DNA of 46,790 bases, filler included, from Jimgerdemannia flammicorona (GCA_003990765.1; 2 parts of 2 records of this genome joined end to end with filler, not necessarily neighbours in it), one strand, 5' to 3'; shown: positions 1-12,909, numbered from the whole stretch's first letter. Made by a program: numbers and translations. The notes: a model not told the origin generated them from the letters alone.

Positions 1-550
1 TTTTTATAGTCACTCAGACTGCATCCTTTATTAATACTCTCATTTATCCCATATATAATACACTGATCCCACTCCTACCCAATCTCCCTAGGAGGAGGTC
101 CCCCCTTCTCTCCTAATACCAACTTGATCAAAGACCACCAAATCATTTATCACTGCCACCCTCCCTCTACTCTGCTCACAGATCCTGTCCACCAGGCAGT
201 GGCATTGCCCACTGTGGGGACCCCACCCAACCCAACATCCTGTCAGTATATCTCCCATCAATCCCTTGCATCTTAATAGCCACTCCTGCAAACTCATCTG
301 TCGACCCTCCTCAAAAACAAAGAGCCAATGTCCAGCCAGCCCCACCCATATAGCTAAAACCCACCCTACAGTAAGCCACTCATTGCCTACTCCCCCCACT
401 AACCTGGCTGCCCCCTTCTCTACTACATCCTCCTGCCAGCAGGCCCCTCATGCTTCCCCCCAGACCCAGGCCCCTCCCCACATACTGCCAGAATGCACCA
501 GGGCCACCCTGTCTGGTATGCACCTTGGAATGCTCATCAGTCACCACTAT
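1..550 (-). mobile_element. Short internally deleted LINE derivative: ORF1 5' end fused to ORF2 3' end with poly(A)
   Basis: 405-550 aligns with the ORF1 start at 4510-4657 (RQGGPGAF-WQYVGRGLGLGG vs GQGGPSAFDWQYVERGPGLGG). 120-405 aligns with the LINE 3' fragment at 23458-23760. AATAAA on the minus strand at 27-32 precedes the T-run at the window start. Confidence 0.65.
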
Positions 551-2601
551 TTTCCATCTAATTCTATCCATTAGAGGTTCCAGAGAAAGAGCAAACAGAA
601 TGGGGGACAGTGGGTCCCCCTGGGGCACACCCCTACCTAGTGGAAATGCTACCCCTCTATGCCCATTATACATGAGTGCAGCCTGACTCCCTTCTAGTAG
701 GCTGACTATTGCTGACCAGAACTGGTGAGATACTCCAATCTTATCTAATACCTTCACCAACCAGACTCACCTCACCTGGTCATATATCTTCTCCTGAGCC
801 AGGAAGACCAGTCACTCATCCAGTCCAGAAGCTCATGCCCCTTCAATAACTCTATGTACTCAAGCTATGCTATCCCTAATGAGCTGGCCTCCTACAAAGC
901 CCCTCTGTTCAACACTTAATACTTGCTGGACCACCTTCTGCAGCCTTGTGACCACCACCTTAGTCACCAACTTTCTGTCTATATCTAGCAGCATGATTGG
1001 CCACCAGGTCTTCCAGTCCTCTCTCCTTCCCTTGTTCTTGTAAAGCAGTATTACCAGCCCCAGATCCTGCTCCCCCACCCATCTCCCTGACTGTAGTATC
1101 AAATTACACAATGTATCATCTCACCTAGTACCCCTGAGACTCTCACCAACTTCCTCCAGAAGTCCCAGAGCAGACCATCCTCTCCAGGTGCCATGTCCAG
1201 TATAGTTGCAGTAAGAACCTGATGGATCTCCTCTGCTTGAACTGGCAACACCAAGCCACCCAGCCCTTATGCCTGTGGAGGATACCAATCCTCCAATGCC
1301 TGGTCAATGGTGGCAGTATCAGCCCCACCCTCCTCCTCACTCCATAAACCACTTCATCACTCCTTTAATGATCCAAGAATATCTTATATATTATGCACCA
1401 GTATACTATCAGAGTTCAGTAGCCCCTCACCTCTGCTTCACTCTTCTTGCCTGAAGGGCCCTTGTGAGATACTTTGAGGGCCTTTTCCCTTCCTCCAATC
1501 CTTACCAATGAAGCTGTACTACCCAACTCTGCACCCTTGCCTCCTCCTCTTCCCACAACACCTGTTGTAGTTCTCCAACCTCTATTTTTGCCTGCATTAA
1601 TCTCCAATCCTCTCCCCCCTCTCATGTCACTAGCCCTGCCTAGTCTTCTAAGAGTCTAGCTAGTCTAGCAGAAGCTCATCTCACAATTTGCCTCCTCTGT
1701 TTCCCAGCCTCCTTGCCAGCCTCACTCCAATAGACCCTGGCCATCTCTTTCATCCTCATCCACCGGATACCAACTGGGGAACCTTTCTGTCTTCAGCCCT
1801 CTACTCTCCATTGCATGTCCTCAGCCCACGTATCCCACAGTATCTTATTATCTAATAAAGAGAAATTGAGGCACCAATGTCCAGGCCTGTCCCCATATCT
1901 CCCAAAATGTCTCTGTCATAGCAGCCCCCAATGATCTGACCATGGACACCACTCCACCTCCAGCAACTTTCAAACATCCAAACCCCAGCAGCTCACCATC
2001 AAAATCCAGTCAATCCTCAACCCCAGGCTCTCTGCCCAATGTGTGTATACTCTTCTATTACCCCAACACTCACTGTCAGCATCTGCCAGAGTGCTTAGCC
2101 TTTCTACTTCCTCTCACACCACCAGCCCTTCACTCCTGCCCTCAGTCCATCAGTTCTATCCACCAGCACATCTCAGACCATATTGAAGTCTCCACCAAGC
2201 ATATCTACCCCAGCCTCTGCAAGGGCCCCACTCTCCTGGAGACCCTTTACCCAATCTACATGCTCACCCTATACAGCAGAGAAGTAGCAAGAACCCAATG
2301 TAACTGGCTCCCAACCTGTACATATCCACTCTCCTTAGCCCAATCTATCTCCCCAGCTCCTCACATCATATATCTCTCCTCTGCCTCTCTGGACTAGAAT
2401 CCCAACCTTGCTCTTCCAAACTATATCACCTCCCCATTCCTTCATCTATTCTAGCCTATTCAAATCATCCTCACACCTGACATCCTGCAAAAGGAAGAGA
2501 TTGGCCTCCAATCCCTTCAGCCAAGTAAAAATATTCCTTTATCAAGAAGAGGCCCATAACCTATTCACATTCAAAAAAAAAATATTTGTTGTACTATTCA
2601 T
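551..2601 (-). pseudogene. LINE ORF2 (APE endonuclease + reverse transcriptase N-terminal part)
   Basis: Start MNSTTNIFFLNVN at 2601. WCLNFSLL at ~1880. RT motifs LLYKNKGRREDWKTWWPIMLLDIDRKLVTK...EQRGFVGG and GRGVPQGDPLSPILFALSLEPL. Many transition-derived stops. Confidence 0.85.
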
Positions 2602-2633
2602 AAGAAAATACTGTATGTTATCAAGTTCATCCA

Positions 2634-4657
2634 CTACTGCTCTATGCTCATCACTTTCTGTGCTATATCCAGATTGTATTCTGCAGACTCCTTCTTCTCT
2701 TCAGCCTTCTTAGCCTCCAATCCAGCCAGCAGCTCATTTATCTCCCCATCTACCTTCTTCTCAAACTCTCCCCAGTATTTCAGACAGGCCTCTTGCCAGA
2801 GCTGCAATCCATGATGCTTAGTCCAGCAGTAGCTGGCCCTCTCACCAGCAATACCTGCCAGCTCTGTCTCTCTCTCCTTATCCACCTCATACCCTTCCTC
2901 CTCCAGGTACACTATGAGGATTTCTGCCTTCAATGCCACCACCACTCCATCCCCCTGCAGGATCTGTGCTCAACGCTCATCACTCATTACTCTAAGGTCC
3001 ACCCTCCCAACTCTTCAGCTGCCAAGTTATTCATCATCCTATACATCCAAAGTAGGTTCCCCACCTCCTTCCACCCTGGAGTCACTGCCCTCCCTCCATC
3101 CAGCATTATGGTATCTGCCCCTGCACTTGCAGACTCATCCCATACCCTGGGACATCCACCAGTTCCTCCTCTCCAACTGCCACCACTTGTCCCCCATTCA
3201 CCACCTCCAGAACTCCAAATTGTACTCACTGAGCCCCCCACATGAGCACATTCTCTACCACCCTGCTTTGAGAAGCTGGACCTCACCTGATAAGAGGGGT
3301 AGGACTAGGCAAGTCCTCCCAGGCCTCCTCCCAGACCTCAAATGTACCATCTGTATACAGGTCATTGCCAGTTATCTCCCTGTCCTCTCCTGTCTCCTTC
3401 CCCCTAATCCCTCCATCCTCACTGGCCCAGATACTCGCTTTGGCACCCCCTGTCTCCTCAATTCCACCTGTATCCTTCTGTGGTCTACCCTCTAGTTTAG
3501 CCAGCAGCTCCTTCTGCCTCTTACATCTCTGGGCTCTTTCTAACTACTCCTTGTCTATTTGAATCTACTTCCCATCCATCACCTCCAAATGTGTCAACTC
3601 CACAAAAGCCTTCCAAGCCTTTGCTTGCTGCTCTACTATACCACTCAACTCTTCCAGTACTTCCAATATGTCCTCTTCCTCCTCCTCACTCCCCTTAATC
3701 CTTCTTACCTTGCATAAGATTGTCCCCAAGACCATCACCAAAGGCCAGTCCCTTGCCTTCTCAGTAGCTTCCTTCTCTGTCAACCAAATCCTGATATCAA
3801 CATTCTCAGTCCTGAATGAGGTACCTTTCCAAACTCTGAATTCAACATCCACCACCTCACTAAACTCAGCCATGACCTCCTTGACTCTCCTCCTTATTGC
3901 CACCACTGTCACCATGGGCACTCCTTTCACCAGCAGTTGCACCACCCTGGGGTCCCACCTCAGACAATGAACCATTGGAATACATATCTCCCCAACAGTC
4001 AGTCTGACCTTCAGTGCCTCCTCCAAAGGCCCAGTCTCCTCAAATTCCACCTTCACTCCCTCTAATCTCTTCAGAAACTTCACTGATGCTGCTCCAGCCA
4101 CCTACTTAGTGATTAGCCCCAGCATCATTTTCACCATCACTACTAGGCCCTAGAAGTACAAAGTAACTATAAACTTTGAGATTGATTTCTTGAGTAACAG
4201 AGCCACTGCAAAGCCTGTCATACTATCTGCCAAATCCCCCTGCCAGCCAAGCTCCATCCTCTCAGCCCCACTATCAGCAGTTAAATCTAGATTTTTTTTC
4301 CAGATTGGCAGTTCTGTCGCCATCAGCTGTCACATTCACTCCAGCCACTACACCTCCAGCTCCACTGCCCCTACCACCAAGAGCTACTTTCCTATGTACT
4401 ACCTCCTTCTCTATCTCCTTACCTTTTCTCAGACAGTCCTCCAGCCCAGATATCTGCTGTCTCCCCTTCATGATCTCCACAAAGCTTGCCCTCTCTGATC
4501 TCTGTCCTCCAGTACTACTTTCTCCCCTTTTATGTCCTCCTGCCAGCAGATTTCTCATGTTTCCTCCCAGGCCAGGGCCTCTCTCAACATACTGCCAGTC
4601 AAATGCACTTGGGCCACCCTGCCCAGTACACACCTCAGGTTGCCTGCCAGTTGCTAT
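2634..4657 (-). pseudogene. LINE ORF1
   Basis: Fragmented ORFs directly upstream of ORF2. Segment VDIRIWLTEKEATEKARDWPLV...EEEEDILEVLEELS matches 46341-46565 of the second LINE. Confidence 0.7.
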
Positions 4658-4777
4658 GTTGCTATTCTCTTTTCTCTAAAAACAATGTTATAAGTACTTT
4701 TGAAAGGATGTGTAACCTTAATGGTATCAGAGAAAGCTGTAAATTTAATATTCTTTATTATACTATATTTATAATAA

Positions 4778-4985
4778 TAAGATGAATCCAAAAAGCTAAC
4801 ATATATTAAATTTGGATATATTTTGATTGAAATATTGAATTTTGGAAAATTAGATTTAAATTAAACCTCAAATCAAATTAGACCTCTATTTGAATTAAAT
4901 TAAATTAAATTAGTCCTTAATTTAATTTGAATATTTCAAATTAAATCTAATTGGACTCAAATTCTATTTAATTCAATTTATTCTA
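4778..4985. repeat. AT-rich internally inverted repeat, possible decayed MITE or DNA-transposon end
   Basis: AATTAGATTTAA (~4848) and TTAAATCTAATT (~4941) are inverted. Ends TAAGATGAATCC / CAATTTATTCTA are near-inverted, differing mostly by transitions. No TSD seen. Confidence 0.25.
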
Positions 4986-5187
4986 AGTACCAGTTATTTA
5001 TCTAATTTCATTATTCATTATCTTTTATTTTCTATTTATTAAATATTATTTATCTTTTATTATTTATTGCTTATTATTTATCTCTTATTATTAATCTTTT
5101 GTCATCCTTATTACTTATCTCTTATTAATTATTTTCAATTATTTATATTTTATTACCTATTTCTTCTTATTATTGTATTATAACAGA

Positions 5188-6770
5188 TGTATAACTGAGT
5201 AAGTATGTTGGATTTCTGTATCTTGAAAACTTGATCTTCTTTAACTCTACAGAGTCCTTGAGATGCAGGCATGGGTAAGTTTGAAGTATATCTGCCTATA
5301 GGCTTACTTGTTCTCTTACTTTCTCTTTACTTTTAAATATTTCAATCTGAGGTTATATTCACTCTAGATACTGGAGATATTTATATAAGTTTGCTAGCTA
5401 TAAGGTGGCTAAGCTATGACTATATTATCTATGAGTCATTTTTCACAAATACTAATCCTTAATATCTATTAAATCTTTGATAATCATCAAAACTTTAACA
5501 TCTGTAAAATATGATAGCTATTTATAAAGCTATTCTATATTTGGGAATTAGATTCAGGTACAGTGATCCAATGTCTATTTCTCTGATTCATATTCCTGAT
5601 TTTGACCAACCATTTCAACTTTCTTCTAAATAGGTGATTTGTCTCTAATATATCCTATTCACTCAAAACTTCCAAGCTTTTACTAGTTGTATATATCTCC
5701 TTATACTGTTTGATTGGTCCCATTATATTCTCCCAGTAGTGTCTCTTGATATATCTAATGTCTCCTGGAACTACTTCTCAAAAATGGGCTAGAGCTGGCT
5801 CATCATCTTTAAACAACTTATTAACTCAATTGGCAATTAATCTGAGTATGAGAGAGCTATCACTCTTCAATCCTGTCTTCTTTTTCCACCTCTGGCCCCA
5901 AGTTTAGTAGCTGTTCCAACTTGAAGTATTCTCGAAACTTTGTCTAGTTTTAGAAGGTCTTGAAATGTGAGATTTATGACCAGTATATCTAAATAATACT
6001 TGGAATACTATTAAAGGATTCTTCTATAATTGGTGACTTGGTAGTATACCATTGTCTTTCCATGGCTCATTGTATAGCACTGGTGATCTTGAGTCCCACT
6101 TAGGCTTCAGTTTTTATGACCATGAAGCTTCTACCATATTCTGATATACTGAGACTTATCTCCTATCTTAATAATCTCTAGAGACTTGTAAATCTTTTCT
6201 GCATCATTCCACTACAGTGTCTGTATCTCGGTTATATAATCCTTAGCCTTCTTGCTGATTTGGTGTAGTCTCTATATTTCTGTGTCTATGTATTTCTATA
6301 CAGCATCTCTATTAGATAATAAGATTCCTTGAGAATCTTCTTCTCTGAACAGCATTTCTCATAGGGTGAAATGGGTGCTTTGTGATTAGATATCCTGAAG
6401 AGCAGATAATGCTATTGACAGAAAATAATTCCAGTTTTCATAGTTATCACAGACCTTGGCAATAATATTCTTAAGAGTCTTGTTGGTCCTTTCTGCTAGT
6501 CTATTTCTCTGAGGGTGTTAGACTGTAGTTTGAATATACTGGATCTTGTACTTTTTGTAAAGAATCTCAAAGAACTGATTCACAAATTCTATTCCTCTAT
6601 CTACAGTTACTTGTGCTGGGGTCTTGAACCAGCAGATGATTTCTTTTTTAAAGAAATCGGCAAATAACTGTACATTGGCTTCTTTGAGAGATCCTGCCTC
6701 TATCTATTTTATGAAAAGATCTACAATAATAATGATGTATTGGTTGCCAGTCAAAGTCAAGAGTAGAGAG
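5188..6770 (-). mobile_element. Ty3/Gypsy family B 3' fragment (integrase core, accessory ORF remnant, probable LTR)
   Basis: Reverse complement aligns with 19570-21212 (HPQRNRLAERTNKTLK). 5188-5590 aligns with 41316-41760. Ends ...TTATACA on the minus strand. Confidence 0.85.
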
Positions 6771-7725
6771 CACAATAATCATATTTGTGATTGGCTTTCT
6801 GTCCATATCCAGAAGTATGATCAGCTACCAGTTCTTCCAATTCTCTCTCTTACCTTTATCCTTAAACCATAGTACCACTAGATAGAAAACCTGCCCTCTG
6901 ATCTACTCTCCAGATATAAGAATAGAATCACAGAGTGCTGTCATCTCCCTCAACACTCCAAGGACCCCAGCTATCTTTTTCTAAAAGTCCCAGACCAGAG
7001 CATCCTCACCCAGTACTATGCTCAATTTTGTTGCAGCCAGGACTCCCAGAATCTCTTCCTTCTCAACCAGTAGTACCAAATAATCAAAGCCAACCACATG
7101 GGGGGGTCACCTATCCAACAAAGAGCCCTCTATGGCCTCAGCATCAGTGCTCTCTTCTTTTTCACTCTATAGACCTCCCCACCTCTCTTCCAGAGAGCTT
7201 AAGATCTGCTGAGCACTTTATACCAGTGAACCCTCAGCATCCAATACTCCATCTCACTGCTGTCTCACCCTCTTTGTTTGAAGAAGATGTGATAAGTGCT
7301 TAGAAGGCCACTTCTATTACTTCAACAAAGCTACCATCTCCTTCACACATTTCTCCTTCCCCTCTATCAATCTTCTCTATAGTTCTACTACCTCCAGCTT
7401 AGCTTGTTCTAGCCTCCAATCCTCCACCTCTTTCTGGCTTAACAATTCAGCCTATTCTATTTACAGCCAGGCCAAATGAGCCAAGGTCCAACTCATCCTT
7501 CTGAGTTATTTATTTCTAGTAAACCAACTAGTCTCCCTTAAGTAAACCCTAGTAGCTTCCTTCAACCATACTGAATAGATCTCTACTGGGAGTTCTACAC
7601 TATTCCAAAATGCAATCTTCAATCCAATGTCCTCTACCCAAGTATCTCATAACTCCTTCTTAGTCAGTAAAGAGAAATTGAGTAATCAATATTTAGACCC
7701 ATTCTCACTTCAATCACAAAATACT
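6771..7725 (-). mobile_element. Scrambled LINE ORF2 fragments
   Basis: 6775-6880 encodes FKDKGKRENWKNW*LIILLDMDRK (RT). 7660-7700 matches the LNFSLL segment at ~1860. 6900-6960 and 7150-7210 match 40480-40680. Confidence 0.6.
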
Positions 7726-7987
7726 TTTAGATCCTGGTAAGTCTTAGTAAGTTCTCAGAACTACTGTTAGGACTGATCAAAACTTACCCAGGAATCAGGA
7801 CTCTTGTCAGGACTTATTTGGAATATACTTTATTATGATAAAATCATCTCCTGAACTACTTCTTTATATAAATTATTTTGAGAAATAGTATATCTGAGTA
7901 TAATTCATTATATAATTAGTATATATCTGTCTCAGAAACATTATATATTAATATATATCCATTCTAGAAAAATTTAAATATTAGTAT

Positions 7988-9470
7988 TGTAACATGCCTA
8001 GTTCAATAGAGACAAATTACAAGGTTGAGAGTTGATGTAGTTTGGCTTGAGCTCCCAGTTTCTTTGTCAAAAAGCAACAAAATATTCTAAGATGCCTGAG
8101 GTCCTTGATGTTCAGTGGTATAATAGTCAAAGCTGGATATCTGTGAGTGATTTCCTTATTGGGATAGTTCTCTGGGTGTAGCGGCAATTTGTGTGTGAAT
8201 GGATTTCCTTCTTGGGTCAACTGGGAATTGATAGAATTCATATGTAGCATGACAATCTCTGTGTGTGACTATCTGGCAATTTAGCGGTTCTCCTTCTTGA
8301 GTAACAGGCGATCTCTTGTGCAGTGCGACAGATTCCTTATATATGACGTTCTGGTGATTTTGGTGGATAACTCAATTTTGTGTGGGTTCTCCAAAAGTGG
8401 CAGTTTTGGGAATAGAAGATGGCATAGGTTCTTCTTACTGGGAATTGTACTGGCAGGATTCTTCTCGGACTTACTGGGAACAATAAATAACTTGGCAGCG
8501 GATAATTTGGATAACTTGGATAACTCGGATGTCGCGGATAATTCTGATAACTCAGGTAATTTGGATGTTGTTGATTCTTCCTGAATTGGTGGGCTTCTGG
8601 GAATATTACTCAGAAATGATGGTTTCAACTGGGAATGCAGATAACTTGAAAATGGTGGATGATGTGGATTCTCCTGAATTGGTGGTCTTCTTTAAAATGG
8701 TGGCTTCAACTGGAAAATAACTCGGATGGTATGAGTTCTTCTGAATCAGGTTCTTCTGGGAATACCAACAACTGGTGGCTTTGGGAAAGGGTCTCTTGAC
8801 AAAGTTATATCAAAGACTGGCTTCATTTGCATGGAGTTATATCATTAGACTGGCTCTACTGCAAAGTTGCATCAGAAACTGGCTTGAGCAAGGTGGCTTT
8901 CTCTTAGGCAGAAATCTTCAGGCTAATCTGGCAACCAAACCAATAGTGTGACTTATTCCTTAAGTGGTGGGTCTTTAGGCTTTGTCTGGCAAACATATCA
9001 ATAATTCCAAAGGTGGCGAAGTTCTTCACTTGAACTTAACAGCAAAATCTTCAAGCTTTGTATTGGAAAGTGGACCAGAGTAGTGAAATAAGCTCACAAT
9101 CTCCTAGCAGTGGCTGTAGAGTTCCTCTTGAAGTGTGGTAGGCAGACTTGTCTTTTGCTTTAATTTCAGACTGAGGTTTATTCACTCTTATCTCTGGGGT
9201 AATTTATACATTGTGGTTGCTATCTGGTTGCTATGTAGCTAACTATAGATTTGCTACTTATGGCAAGTTGTGCAGGTCCAGCACAAGTGTACAGGTCTGG
9301 CACAGGTGTGCAAGTCCTGCACAGATATACCTTATCTGGTAGTCTGGCTATTTATACAGTTTCTACAGCAATGGTTACTGGTTACTATACTGTATGTTCA
9401 CATCATCTGGCTAATTGTTTGCATCATCTAGCTAAGGTAGAATTCAGGTGGTATATCTTGGTTTGTCACA
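7988..9470 (-). repeat. 3' LTR of family A (~1.48 kb)
   Basis: Begins TGTGACA directly after the purine-rich tract AGTAGGGGCTGA (9471-9482) and ends TGTTACA at 7988. TATAAATT at 9208-9201, AATAAA at 9182-9177. No partner LTR in the window, so the distal boundary is inferred. Confidence 0.7.
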
Positions 9471-9510
9471 TCAGCCCCTACTAAAGGATGGTCTGTCCTC
9501 AGACTGTCCT

Positions 9511-10026
9511 TTAGTCATCATCCCAGTGTAGGTAAGCATCTTCTGCATCAATACCTATTCCATCATCTTCATCATCTGTACCATAGTTGCTCTATTCCAA
9601 GAGTTCTTCTTCTTCTTCTGAGAATAGGATTTCAACAGCATTGATAATGCTCAGGTAGGTGGCTAGGTTCATTCCTCATGTATTATACCAGGAGAATTGT
9701 ACTTGTATCAGGGCTGTAGGATTTCACTTATAAAGGGTGTACAGCCTGTCTACAGCAGTGGCATCTCTCCTTGATAGTCCTGTGGTATTTTTGATATATG
9801 TTTGTTCTGGGACTGGGAGATTCTGCAATTGTTCTTCAATTGCATAATGGGCCTGGAGTTGGTGGACCTGTAGCAATCATCTGGCCAGGACAAGATTCTC
9901 TTGATGAATCTGGATCTTCTGGAGAGCATTCCCATTGACTTCTCGAAATTGGGATAGGGGAACTGGCAGTAATTGAAATGAGCTGAGGACAAGAGTTTCA
10001 AGGTGGTTGTCAACTCTCTGATTCAT
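9511..10026 (-). pseudogene. Family A accessory ORF (172 codons, 4 in-frame stops), unknown function
   Basis: Manual translation MNQRVDNHLETLVL...HYAIEEQLQNLPVPEQTYIKNTTGLSRRDATAVDRLYTLYK*NPTAL...acidic tail. No frameshifts. Pattern shared with the B, C and D ORFs. Confidence 0.6.
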
Positions 10027-11089
10027 GATGTAGGGAAAGGTATATTTTGAGGTGATTGATGTGTACTAGTGTCCTGTGGGTTCATCAATCCATACTTCTT
10101 AAATAGATGCTGGTTCCTCTGATATTATATACAAGATAAAGTCCTTCCCATTTGGGCTCCAATTTGGTGGTAAAATTTGTTTGAATTATACTTCTCCAAA
10201 CTAATACTTGATCTCCAATCTTGATCTTCTGATCCTTCCGTTTCTGATTATAGTACTTCTTTTGTATTTCTTGAGCTTTGATAATTTGACCTCAGACTTG
10301 ATTATATAACTATTCTGCCTTCTTGAGGAGGTCTCTGAGATTCTCATGGTCAGCAGTTCTGGTTTTCTTAGCAAATATCAGTTTGAATGGCTTTTGTTTG
10401 GTAGAGGCAGCAGGGGTATTACAAATTTCCCATAGGATCTCAGGTAAGCAGAGGTCTTAATTGATAGGATTGACTCAGGCAAGTCCTTTCTTAATGGTCT
10501 GGTTCATTCTTTCTGTCATGCCATTGGTCTGAGGGTGGTATGATGTGGTTCATTTGAGGTGAATCTTGTGAATTTGGACATAACTTGTGATTATATTATT
10601 GATGAATTCTGTGCCTCAGTCAGTGATGAGTTCTTCTGGAGGACCATATCTGAGTGTGAGTCCATGGAGAAGGCCTACAATGGTTAAGGCATCTGTGATT
10701 TCTATTGGGAAAGCCTTGGGCCACTTGGTCAAATATCCTACAAATATAAGAATGTATTTGTTTCTTCTTGGTGTAACTGGTAGAGGTCCAATTATGTCTA
10801 TTTCCCATCTCTGAAAGATATTGTCTGGTGGTACAATTGGTTGCAATGGTGCTTGGTAGTTCTTCCTTCCTTGGTACTTCTGGCAGGTGTCACATTTCTT
10901 GAGTATATCCCAGACATGTGTTCTGAGGTTGGACCAATGTTGGTATATTGTTTGCAGCTTCTCTTCTATGTTTGCTTGTCCCTGATGGGCTTTCTGATGT
11001 TCTTTTTGGATGAGGTCTTCTTGTGCCTTGATGGTCTGAGGAGCTTTCTTTAGGGTATAGTTCCTCAGGATACTCTTCTTCTGGTTCAT
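10010..11089 (-). pseudogene. pol: Family A integrase
   Basis: HHCC (HQKAH...CDTCQ), WEIDIIGPLP, YHPQTNGMTERMNQT and a GP-containing C-terminal module. No chromodomain. Confidence 0.9.
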
Positions 11090-12490
11090 TGGGGCTGGTG
11101 GGAAAGTATATCAACATTGTTGTAGGCTTTCCCTGCTATGTGGATGATGGTGATTTTGTAATCCTGAAGGATAAGGAACCAGTGGGCTAGAATTGTGGTG
11201 GGTTCCTTGTGGTCGAATAGCCATTTGAGGGCTGCATGGTCTGTGATCAGAGTGAATTGTTTTCCGATGAGGTAATGCTTGAACAGGGTGACTGTCCATA
11301 TGACTGCAAGGCATTCCAGTTTGGTGCTACCATAGTTCATCTGCTGCTGATTGGTAGCTCAGCTTGCATAAGCTATCACATGGTGTGATTGGTCAGGTCC
11401 CTTTTGGGCTAGAACTGCTCCCAGACCATCTTTGGAAGCATCTGTATACAAGATGAATGGCTTTTGTAGATTGGGGTACACAGGGATTAGTGCTGTAGTC
11501 ATGCAGTTCTTGAGTTCTCTGAAGGCTTTTTCTTGTAATTCTGTCCATTAAAATGACACTCCTTTCTTGAGAAGGATTTGGATTGGGGTGGCAATTTGGG
11601 CAAAGTCCTTGATAAACATTCTGTAGTAGGATACTGGCATCAGGAATGATAGTGTTTCCTTCAGGGTCTTGGGTACTGGCCAATTGTTGATCTTCTCAGT
11701 TTTCTTTGGGTCTGTATGGGTTCCTTCTTTCAAAACTATGAATCTAAGAAATTCAAGTTTCTGTTTCCCAAAGAAGCATTTCTTTGCATTCAATCTCAAG
11801 TGGTTTTTGCAGGTAAGCTTGAAGAATTCCTCTAGATGGTGCAGGTGTTCTTCAAAATTTGCTGAATAGATGTTGGAATCATCCATGTATTCAATCAGGC
11901 AGTAGTGGATCAAGGGGGCATAGACTGAATTCATCATCCTCTGGAAGGTGGGGGGTATATTGCAAAGTCCAAAGGGTATTCAGAGGTACTCAAACAGTTT
12001 TCCTAGAGCAAGGAAGGCTGTCTTTTAAATGTCCTTGGGGTCCATGGGGATCTCATGGAATCCCATGAAGAGGTCTATACTGCTGAAGTATCTGGTATCT
12101 TGTAACTGATCCAAAAGGTCATCAATTCTGGGCAAAGAATAGGTATCCTTTTCAGTGACTAAATTGAGTTTCCTGTAATCCACACAAAGTCTCCATCCTC
12201 CTTTCTTTGGTACAATAAGTATAGGGCTGGCCCAAGGGCTAGTGAGGGTTGGATGACTCCATTGTCTAAGAGTTCTTGAATGTGCTCCTTTTCAAATATT
12301 TTTAGATGATGGGGTATTCTATAGGGTTTCTGCCTGATGGGTGTTGCCTTTCCTGTATTTATGCTGTAGTGATATGATAGATTGCATGGCAGGTTACCAT
12401 AATCAGTAGTGAAGATATCTTGATATTTGTTGAGAAGTTCTACTAGTTGTTGCTGTTTTTGAGGTGTCAATTCTTCTCCAATGTTGGTGG
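11090..12490 (-). pseudogene. pol: Family A reverse transcriptase + RNase H
   Basis: PIRQKPYRIP, YMDD at 11889-11878, KKCFFG. RNase H LYTDASKDGLGAVL, NYGSTKLECLAVIW, TDHAALKW. Confidence 0.92.
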
Positions 12491-12909
12491 AAGGCTTTAC
12501 TGTCTCCTGGGTCGCAGAGGGGCCTTTCCTTTCTTCTGGAACCTTTTGCTGTTTTCTGATAGGTTAGGTTCATAAACTTCCCTATGAGTTCGGTTGAGGA
12601 AAGGCACCAGATGTCCTATAATGGTTCCTTTTGGCAAGATGATGGTTTCCCAACTTTGGTTGGTTGCTTAGGAGTGTACTAGATTCATCTTGTTGGGGAA
12701 TGTGTGTCCCTCTATATCCAGGTGGGGGATATCTCCCTTGGGTTCAAAGAAAAGGTTTCTGGGGTCGGGTGGTGCAAAGATTTCAAAGGTAGCTTGTTCT
12801 CCAAGCTCTAGGATGGGATTCTTGTGTAGTTTGACTGATTGGTGGTATACTTGCTGGGGAACATTCCTCTTGAGGTGGTTGACTTGAAGGAGATGTACCT
12901 CCTTCTTGT

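Larger units (their letters stand above)
551..4680 (-). mobile_element. L1/Tx1-like non-LTR retrotransposon (LINE), degenerate, broken within RT
   Basis: ORF1-like region followed by APE endonuclease and RT motifs, broadly collinear with the LINE at 41761-46770. Confidence 0.85.

Noticed and set aside
4722..4732. TGGTATCAGAG, resembling a plant-type iMet PBS
   Set aside because: Not preceded by an LTR ending in CA and not followed by gag; likely chance or an unresolvable remnant.
266..4785. Many Pro/Ser/Leu-rich plus-strand ORFs (also 43956-46590)
   Set aside because: They are antisense shadows of purine-rich LINE coding strands.
8281..8628. ORFs inside LTR A
   Set aside because: The open frames are produced by 9-bp tandem repeats; no homology or motif support.
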